Of a stretch of 35,800 nucleotides of DNA, positions 15,772-22,415 are shown in pieces. The stretch is from a virus (lineage: Duplodnaviria > Caudoviricetes). The stretch lies in the IMG/VR virus record IMGVR_UViG_3300037484_000176, positions 1 through 35,800 of that record. One strand, 5' to 3'. Under the pieces are notes generated by a model. It did no database searches and was not told the origin of the DNA. It saw nothing but the letters and a program-made list of their open reading frames with translations. A program made the translations under genes and the position numbers. Position 1 is the first letter of the stretch. Every line of letters begins with the position of its first letter.

Positions 15772-15968
15772 CCGCCAAGGCCGAGGGCCGGGTAATCAGC
15801 ATTGGCTTTCACGTCAGGCTGACCCCGCCGGCGGCCGAGCCCGGCGAGACTGACGCGGCGATCGAGATAGGGCGCGGGCTGATTCGCGAGGCGATGCTGA
15901 TGCTGAAGAATACGGGCGAGGCCGAGGGCTTCGTGGTCGATGTGGCGGCGGAACAGGTGGTGTACTGA
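15741..15968 (+). CDS. Hypothetical protein (75 aa)
   Basis: MAADQIRKSLAAKAEGRVISIGFHV...; start uncertain. Confidence 0.55.
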   Translation: MAADQIRKSLAAKAEGRVISIGFHVRLTPPAAEPGETDAAIEIGRGLIREAMLMLKNTGEAEGFVVDVAAEQVVY

Positions 15969-15970
15969 AT

Positions 15971-16237
15971 ATGGCGAATGAGGCAGACATGGCGGATCCG
16001 TACATCCAGCGCGCCGTCGACGAAGGCCTGGCACGCGCCAAGTGGGCGATGGATAACCCAAAACTGAGGCCGATCATCCTGGAGATGGACGGCCAGCGGT
16101 TCGGCGTCTGCCATCACTGCGAATCTCCGATCATCCCGGGCCACCTGTTCTGCCCGACTGACCCCATCGAGCCGGAGCACTCATGCGCGGTGGAGTGGGA
16201 ACACGCCAGGAAGCGGAAAGAGGATAGCGGGCTATGA
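15971..16237 (+). CDS. C4 zinc-finger protein (TraR/DksA-like N-terminus)
   Basis: MANEADMA...CHHC...FC...C. Confidence 0.7.
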   Translation: MANEADMADPYIQRAVDEGLARAKWAMDNPKLRPIILEMDGQRFGVCHHCESPIIPGHLFCPTDPIEPEHSCAVEWEHARKRKEDSGL

Positions 16238-16332
16238 GCCAGTTCATGATTGCGCTCGATCAACTGGTCAACACCGTGTTCAATGGCTGTGCCGCTGGCC
16301 TTCATCGTGGCACTAGCTGGGTGGTGAAATGA
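16234..16332 (+). pseudogene. Truncated or fused remnant of an 'IALDQLxN' phage protein
   Basis: MSQFMIALDQLVNTVFNG followed by unrelated sequence; another frame gives a hydrophobic tail VPLAFIVALAGW*. Confidence 0.45.
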
Positions 16333-16817
16333 ATCCAGATCTGTTCATTCGTAATGTCTTGGCCCCATCGCTGAAGCTCATGCCCGGAACGATGGATACA
16401 CCAGCGGCCCGCATCGTCTTGCTGGCTATCGCGTATCAGGAGTCCGCGCTTGGGCATCGCCGGCAGGTAGGCGGCCCGGCGCGCGGGTATTGGCAGTTCG
16501 AGCAGGGTGGCGGGGTGCGTGGGGTGCTGAACCATGCAGCGAGCAAGCCCCATATCCGCTCCGTGCTGACCGCGCTCGACTATGACCCTGATTCAAACCA
16601 GGCAACGTGCTACGCGGCGATTGAACACAACGATGTGCTGGCGGCGGCGTTCGCGCGGCTGCTGCTGTGGACCGATGCAGAGCCACTGCCGGCCGATGCC
16701 GTTGGGGCGTGGGCGCTGTATCTGCGCACCTGGCGTCCCGGGAAACCGCACCCGGACAAATGGGAAGTCAATTACCAGCGGGCAAAGGAGGCGGTCCATG
16801 TTTTCTCTCAAGGATAG
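16329..16817 (+). CDS. Putative endolysin (lysozyme-like fold)
   Basis: LLAIAYQES...GPARGYWQFEQGGGV...WRPGKPHP; flanked by membrane genes. Confidence 0.8.
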   Translation: MNPDLFIRNVLAPSLKLMPGTMDTPAARIVLLAIAYQESALGHRRQVGGPARGYWQFEQGGGVRGVLNHAASKPHIRSVLTALDYDPDSNQATCYAAIEHNDVLAAAFARLLLWTDAEPLPADAVGAWALYLRTWRPGKPHPDKWEVNYQRAKEAVHVFSQG

Positions 16818-17028
16818 CCGAGGCCGGCAGTCAATCACGCTGGTTTTCGTCGGCGCATCGTGGCTGGCGGTGTGGCTCAAATTCGTTCTCGCCGGCGCCA
16901 CTCTGCCTGTTTTTGGACTGGTGCCGCCGATGTCGGCAGGCGAGTTCGGTGCGGCAACTGCGTTGATCCTGGCGATCTGGCTGGGCCGCGAGTGGACCGA
17001 CAAAAAGACGCCGGGCGGTGTCCCGTGA
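16798..17028 (+). CDS. Putative holin (2 TM)
   Basis: MFSLKDSRGRQSITLVFVGASWLAVWLKFVLAG...FGAATALILAIWLGREWTDKK; GGAGG SD. Confidence 0.7.
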   Translation: MFSLKDSRGRQSITLVFVGASWLAVWLKFVLAGATLPVFGLVPPMSAGEFGAATALILAIWLGREWTDKKTPGGVP

Positions 17029-17038
17029 GGACGCACGC

Positions 17039-17566
17039 ATGAACCGCTACATTATCGCCGCTGCCCTGTTTGCCGCCGCCATCGCGCTGTGGTCACTGTG
17101 GCCGCGCCCCGTGCCCGTAGTTGGAGAGTCCGTCCCGCTGCCGCCAGCAAAGGAAGTCGTCACCGTCGAGCGCGTGCGCACCGAGGTTAAGGTCGTCTAC
17201 GTCTACCCGGACAAGGTGAAAGCCAAACTCGACCTGCCTAAATCAATCCAGCAGGACGCCTCCAAGCAAGTCACCGCCACCGGCAAACTGCACGCCGAGG
17301 AACGTCCCTACACCCTGACTGCCGTACTCGACACCGACACCGGAATCAGCGAGGTGTACGCCCGCCCTGATCCGCTGCCGTGGTTCGGACCCGGAAAGCG
17401 CGCCGAAGTCGGACTGGCCTACGGCATCAAGGACGGCGAACCCACAGCCAGGCTGTACGCCAGCCGCGACCTGATCCGGGTTAAAGCCCTGCACGCCGGG
17501 GTGATGGCAACGCTTGACCATGACGGCGAGTCCTTTGCGGGCGGATTCATCTCCATGAGGTTCTGA
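17039..17566 (+). CDS. Membrane-anchored protein in spanin position
   Basis: N-terminal TM segment, no lipobox, C-terminal amphipathic beta-strands ending in F. Confidence 0.7.
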   Translation: MNRYIIAAALFAAAIALWSLWPRPVPVVGESVPLPPAKEVVTVERVRTEVKVVYVYPDKVKAKLDLPKSIQQDASKQVTATGKLHAEERPYTLTAVLDTDTGISEVYARPDPLPWFGPGKRAEVGLAYGIKDGEPTARLYASRDLIRVKALHAGVMATLDHDGESFAGGFISMRF

Positions 17567-17567
17567 C

Positions 17568-18197
17568 GTGGGACAGCGAGTAAAGCGGACACTGGTGAAG
17601 GCCAGGCTGACCGCCATTCAGAAGGAAAACAAGAGGCAGGCCATTCTGGACGACATCCGCGCCGGACTGCTCAAGACCGCGCAGATCGCCGATAAGCACG
17701 GCGTCAGCTACCACACGATATACCGGATGCGGGGCATGGTGGGCAGCGAGAAGGACTTGCACGCCAATATCGTCTTCAAGGCCACGCAGGACGTGGTGGC
17801 GCTGCGCATTGCCGACAACATCAACGACAACGTGGTGGTGAACGAGAACGCGCAGATTGTGCTGGCGATGATGCGCGAGCACAGCCAGAGCGTGATGCGG
17901 GCTCGCGGCGTGGCGGCCCTGCTGATGGACGACCTGGAGGCCACGATCCGCAACCGGGCGGAAATCGAGGACGACATCGAGATCGAATGCAAAGACGATG
18001 AGAACACGCTACGCAAGTACAGGATGAAGCGCGCGGTGTCGCTGTCCGCCAACACCAAGGTTCTGGCCGACCTGTCCGGCGCCCTGAAAACCCTGATCGG
18101 GCTGGAGCGCGAAATGTTCAACATCGGCCAGGGCGACGACGGCAACGGCAAGCAGTCGCTGGAGGATTACGTGCTGTCGTTGCCGGCGGTGAACTGA
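17568..18197 (+). CDS. terS: Terminase small subunit
   Basis: N-terminal HTH (TAQIADKHGVSYHTIYR); C-terminal LKTLIGLEREMFNI motif. Confidence 0.75.
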   Translation: MGQRVKRTLVKARLTAIQKENKRQAILDDIRAGLLKTAQIADKHGVSYHTIYRMRGMVGSEKDLHANIVFKATQDVVALRIADNINDNVVVNENAQIVLAMMREHSQSVMRARGVAALLMDDLEATIRNRAEIEDDIEIECKDDENTLRKYRMKRAVSLSANTKVLADLSGALKTLIGLEREMFNIGQGDDGNGKQSLEDYVLSLPAVN

Positions 18198-18241
18198 TGC
18201 GGCGGGGGTGAGGCTGGCTGGCGAGTTCAGGTTGGCATAGT
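18198..18241 (+). promoter_or_regulatory. Late promoter motif copy 2 (fibre-like module)
   Basis: TGCGGCGGGGGTG-N21-TTGGCATAGT. Confidence 0.75.
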
Positions 18242-18288
18242 TGGCATAGCTGGATTATTTCAACCGTGCCAACCAAAGGAGCCACACT

Positions 18289-18798
18289 ATGAAGTCACTG
18301 AAACGCATCATCCTCGCCGGCCTGCTGGCCGTTGCCTCGCTCTTCGCAGGCGCCACCAACGCCGCCGCGCTCACCGATTTTGCCGAAAACAAGATCGTCG
18401 ACGCCACCCTGCGCGCCCAGGCCATCGGCACCCCGGTCACATGGTACGTCGCGCTCTACACCGCCTGTCCCACTGATTCTACCGGCGGCACCGAGGCAAC
18501 GGGCGGCGACTATGCCCGCGTCGCCGTCACCGCCGGCCTCGCCGAATGGGCGGGCACGCAGGCCGCGGCCAGCACCACGGCATCCAGCGGCACCGGCGGC
18601 ACCACCAGCAACAACGCGGCGATCACGTTCCCGACGCCGACGGCATCGTGGGGCACTGTGGTCTGCTGGGCCATCACCGACGCCTCGACCGCCGGCAACA
18701 TCTGGATTTACTCGGCGCTGACGGTCAACAAGGTCATCAACATCGGCGACAGCGTGAGCTTCGCGGCAGGCTCGGCCACGTTCCAGATCGACAACTGA
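18289..18798 (+). CDS. Fibre-like structural protein with N-terminal signal peptide
   Basis: WYVALYTA.PTD..GGTE...YARVAV...NNAAITFP...WGTV...DAST.GN resembles phage fibre proteins; leader MKSLKRIILAGLLAVASLFAGATNA; AAGGAG SD. Confidence 0.8.
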   Translation: MKSLKRIILAGLLAVASLFAGATNAAALTDFAENKIVDATLRAQAIGTPVTWYVALYTACPTDSTGGTEATGGDYARVAVTAGLAEWAGTQAAASTTASSGTGGTTSNNAAITFPTPTASWGTVVCWAITDASTAGNIWIYSALTVNKVINIGDSVSFAAGSATFQIDN

Positions 18799-18805
18799 GC
18801 CCGCC

Positions 18806-19354
18806 ATGAACCGCATCCTCGCCACCCTCGCCGCGCTGTTGTTTTCAGTCAGCGCGTTTGCGCTCACCCCGGCGCAGACCGCCACCCTGAAGGCCGCGCT
18901 GCTGGCCGAGCCGGGCATCGCGTCCTGCGTCACCGCGGGCGACGATCAGTGCGTCGCCGACTTCGCCAACGCCCCCACCGCCTTTGTCGTCTGGCGCACC
19001 TCGGTCAGCGAAGACGAGTACACCGGAGACGCCAGCAGCGAGGCATCGAACTGGTCGTGGCCGGCCTACATCGCGCGCAGTGTGGGCGAGCGCGACGGCT
19101 GGGCACGCATGTTCCGGGGCGGCTCGATCAACCCCGGCAAGGCCAATATCAGGCAGGGCATCGCCGACATTTTCAGCGGCACCGCCAACAACGCCGCCGG
19201 CCAGCGCGCCCACCTGCTGGCGATTTCCAAGCGCGCGGCGACGTGGGCGGAATCGAAGCTGTCCAGCGGCACCGGCACCAACGCCACCCCGGCTGTGCTT
19301 GGCTGGGAAGGCACGATTTCGCCCGGTGAAGCCGGCTCGATTTTGAGGAACTGA
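18806..19354 (+). CDS. Hypothetical protein with signal peptide (fibre module)
   Basis: MNRILATLAALLFSVSAFA-LTPAQ..LKAA...KRAATWAESKL..GTGT.ATPA. Confidence 0.8.
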   Translation: MNRILATLAALLFSVSAFALTPAQTATLKAALLAEPGIASCVTAGDDQCVADFANAPTAFVVWRTSVSEDEYTGDASSEASNWSWPAYIARSVGERDGWARMFRGGSINPGKANIRQGIADIFSGTANNAAGQRAHLLAISKRAATWAESKLSSGTGTNATPAVLGWEGTISPGEAGSILRN

Positions 19355-19355
19355 C

Positions 19356-19850
19356 ATGGAATCCATCCAGTACACCATCCTGCGCGACCTCATCGCCGCC
19401 AGCCCGGACATCCCCGAGGTGCTGGTGCATACCAATGCCACCCCGCGCGTGGACGGGCAGACCGCCCGCCGCGACGACGCCGAAATCGCCGGCATTCTGA
19501 ACAACCCCGCGCACACCCGCATCGTCGAAACCCGCGTCACCGACCTGTCGCTGATGGATGCGCTGGGCGTCACTCTGGCGAACGGCATCCTCGACAAGCT
19601 GACAGCGGCAGGCGCGACCAACAGCGCCATCCGGCGAGCGATGAAGGCGATTGAATCGGAACGCGGCATCGACATCGGAAACGACGAGGTGCGCGGCATG
19701 CTCGATCAACTGGTGGCTGGCGGCGTCATCACCCTGGCCGAATCCGACGCGCTGAAGGCGCTGGCAGTCAAGCCGTGCGGCATTGCCGAGCAAACGCTGG
19801 GTGCGCCCGTGTCCGGTGCCGACGTTTCCATCGCGCTGAGAGGGGTTTGA
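19356..19850 (+). CDS. Hypothetical protein (fibre module)
   Basis: RDDAEIAGILN...GIDIG...RGMLDQL...DVSIAL; GAGG SD. Confidence 0.8.
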   Translation: MESIQYTILRDLIAASPDIPEVLVHTNATPRVDGQTARRDDAEIAGILNNPAHTRIVETRVTDLSLMDALGVTLANGILDKLTAAGATNSAIRRAMKAIESERGIDIGNDEVRGMLDQLVAGGVITLAESDALKALAVKPCGIAEQTLGAPVSGADVSIALRGV

Positions 19851-19851
19851 G

Positions 19852-20283
19852 ATGGCATCCACCAAAAACGAAACCGTAGTCCAGTTCAGCGCCACCGATG
19901 AAATCACCATCAACAACAGCGCCACCTGGAACCTGTCCGACCTGGTCGCGCTCAACGTCGAGGACTGGGACGGCGAAGTGGAAATCTGGGCGGACAACCA
20001 GGGCACGCCCACCTCCGGCGACACCGTGGAAGTGCGCATTCTCTACACCAACGGCAACGTGGACGGCACGGCGGGGGATGATCACGTCAACGCCGACAAC
20101 GGCGAGTTTTTCGCGCTGATCGACACCTACAACAACGACGACGGCGCGGGCGTGGTGCTGGCGTCCATCCCTGTGCGCACCTGCCCGGATGGCTTCAAGC
20201 TGGCGGTCAAGGCCGCAGCCGGGGCAACGCGCAACGTCAAGTTCCGCGCCCTGCTGCAAACCCATCGCGGCGCGATCGCGTAA
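19852..20283 (+). CDS. Beta-rich hypothetical protein (fibre module)
   Basis: 143 aa, acidic, beta-strand pattern. Confidence 0.8.
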   Translation: MASTKNETVVQFSATDEITINNSATWNLSDLVALNVEDWDGEVEIWADNQGTPTSGDTVEVRILYTNGNVDGTAGDDHVNADNGEFFALIDTYNNDDGAGVVLASIPVRTCPDGFKLAVKAAAGATRNVKFRALLQTHRGAIA

Positions 20284-20292
20284 GGGCGGGTC

Positions 20293-22080
20293 GTGGGTCA
20301 CGCTTTCCGGCGCGAGGACTGGGTTCGGCAGCCGCAGGGGCCGGTTGAGGTTGACGGGTCAGTACTGCGACCTAATCAGTCCTTGGTGGTACTTCCAGGG
20401 GTTAATGCGCCTGCCACCCGTGTGTCGCGTTTAGGTACAGAACTGCATACGGCAGACGCCTACTACTACACAAATGCAGCCCCGATTGCCGATGCAAACG
20501 CAATGACGGTTGTTATCGCCGGTCGGCAAACGGCCACGCCGGGCAGCGCCAACGAACGATATTTCGAAATAGGGGGCTTTTCCGTCGGCGGCGGGTTCTC
20601 CGTAGAGCATGTCGCAAACAAGGAAAATATTATTGGTTGGAACGCAACATATAACGTCGTTGGAGACAGGAACTGGCTTGATAGCGATGTCGGCCCCCTG
20701 CATTTTTACGTTGCAACGATTTCTAACGGGACACTGAGTTTATTTCGTGACGGCGTGTTTCTCTCAAGTGCCGGAATTACATGTACTGCGGCTACGACTC
20801 GCCGGGTGGCAATCGGTGGCTCCACCGGCTCTAGTGGTACAGGTGACCGAAGTAGTAACTTTGGGGTATCCCTGTTCGCCGTCGATTTTGGTCGAGCAGT
20901 TTCGAATGATGTAGCCATTCGGCTTTCCGTCAACCCCTGGAAAATCCTCAGAAAGCGCCCCACCAACGTGCCCTTCGCCGTATCCAGTGGCGGGGCGACC
21001 CACAACCTCGAAGCCGCCGCCGCCGCACAAGCCGCCGCATCCGCCGCGCTCTCCGTCTCTGTGCCGCTGGCCGGGGCCGGCATCACGGTTGTTACCGCGA
21101 CCGGCGCTGTCTCCGTATCCGTCAATCCATCCGGCAACGCAACCGCGCAGGCAAACGCATCGGGCGGCCTGAGTCTGTCGATACCGTTCGGCGGCGCCGC
21201 GCTGGCCGAGGCGCTGGCGCAGGCGGGGCTGACGCAGGGGGTGCCGCTGGCCGGCGCGGCCATCGCCGAGGCACTGGCTACGGCCGCGCTGGCTACCGCC
21301 GGTGCAGCCGACCTGACCGGCGCGGCCGTGGCCGAGGCGGTTGCGTCCGCCGCGCTGTCGCATGGCGTCCCGCTGTCGGGTGCCGCAATCGCCGAGGCTG
21401 TTGCGGCTGCCGGACTGTCTCAGGGCATTCCGCTGTCGGGGGCCGCGTCGGCGCAAGCCATCGCCGCAGCCGCGCTGGCCATCGCCAACGCGCTGTCTGC
21501 CACGGCAACCGCGAGTTCGAGCGCATCCGCCGGGCTTGCCATCAACGTCAGTCTTTCCGGCGCGGCGATCAACGAGGCGGCGGCATCCGCCGGCCTGACG
21601 GTCGAAGGTGCCGGCGCGGTCGCGCTTGAGGGCAACGCCGCCGCCAGCGCCAACGCATCCGCCGCGCTCACCCATGCGGTGCCGCTCACCGGCGCCGCGC
21701 TCACGGTATCCAGCGCATCCGGCAATCTCACGCAGATCGTTGCAATCCAGGCCGCCGCTGCGTCCGCCAGCATGGCAACCGGCGGGCTGGATGTGGCGGT
21801 CAACCTGTCCGCCGCCGCGCTGGCCGCGGCGCTGGCCGCCGCCGGGCTGACGGTCGAGGCGGGCGGGCTGTCCGCCGCTGCCGCCGCCGAAGCCGCCGCC
21901 AGCGGCATCGTCACCCTGCGCGTGAACCTGGACGGCGCCGCGGTGGCTGCCGCCATCGCCGCCGGCGCGCTGTCCACGGCGGGGCTGATTGTCGCGTCAA
22001 CTCCAGGCTGGGCGTTCGACGCACCGAAACGAAATTGGCGGATTGATGCACCGAAACGAAATTGGAGGTTCACAGCATGA
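20293..22080 (+). CDS. Fibre-like protein: LamG/ConA-like domain plus Ala-rich repeats
   Basis: LHFYVATISNGTLSLFRDGV in a lower-GC N-terminal part; many ~21-aa L.G.A.A.A.A.A.L repeats; duplicated DAPKRNWR at the C-terminus. Confidence 0.8.
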   Translation: MGHAFRREDWVRQPQGPVEVDGSVLRPNQSLVVLPGVNAPATRVSRLGTELHTADAYYYTNAAPIADANAMTVVIAGRQTATPGSANERYFEIGGFSVGGGFSVEHVANKENIIGWNATYNVVGDRNWLDSDVGPLHFYVATISNGTLSLFRDGVFLSSAGITCTAATTRRVAIGGSTGSSGTGDRSSNFGVSLFAVDFGRAVSNDVAIRLSVNPWKILRKRPTNVPFAVSSGGATHNLEAAAAAQAAASAALSVSVPLAGAGITVVTATGAVSVSVNPSGNATAQANASGGLSLSIPFGGAALAEALAQAGLTQGVPLAGAAIAEALATAALATAGAADLTGAAVAEAVASAALSHGVPLSGAAIAEAVAAAGLSQGIPLSGAASAQAIAAAALAIANALSATATASSSASAGLAINVSLSGAAINEAAASAGLTVEGAGAVALEGNAAASANASAALTHAVPLTGAALTVSSASGNLTQIVAIQAAAASASMATGGLDVAVNLSAAALAAALAAAGLTVEAGGLSAAAAAEAAASGIVTLRVNLDGAAVAAAIAAGALSTAGLIVASTPGWAFDAPKRNWRIDAPKRNWRFTA

Positions 22081-22361
22081 GCGAACAGAAAGTAAAGCGC
22101 GTGGCCGAGTCCGTTGTTCTGGAGTTCGACTTTTCCAGCGAGCTGTCAGCCATCGACGTCGCGACAATGGCAATCGCTGTCGAAGGATCGAAGCCGGACG
22201 CCGCCGCTGCATCCGTGCTGGACGGAACCCATCAAATCAGCGGAAAGCTGGTCTATCAGCGCATTTCTGGCGGTGTTTCGGGTGTTCTGTATCACTTCAC
22301 CTGCCTTGGAACGAAGGGGCTCGACAAGATCGAGCGCGAGGGTCATGTGCTGGTGCGCTAG
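22077..22361 (+). CDS. Putative fibre adaptor protein
   Basis: K...ESVVLEFDFS...ISGGVSGVLYHFTC pattern of small phage adaptor proteins; ATGA overlap. Confidence 0.7.
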   Translation: MSEQKVKRVAESVVLEFDFSSELSAIDVATMAIAVEGSKPDAAAASVLDGTHQISGKLVYQRISGGVSGVLYHFTCLGTKGLDKIEREGHVLVR

Positions 22362-22363
22362 TT

Positions 22364-22407
22364 TGCGGCGGGGGTGAGCCTCGCGCCCTGACCCCGCTTG
22401 GCAGAAT
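22364..22407 (+). promoter_or_regulatory. Late promoter motif copy 3 (terL-head-tail operon)
   Basis: TGCGGCGGGGGTG-N21-TTGGCAGAAT. Confidence 0.75.
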
Positions 22408-22415
22408 CCGCTTCA

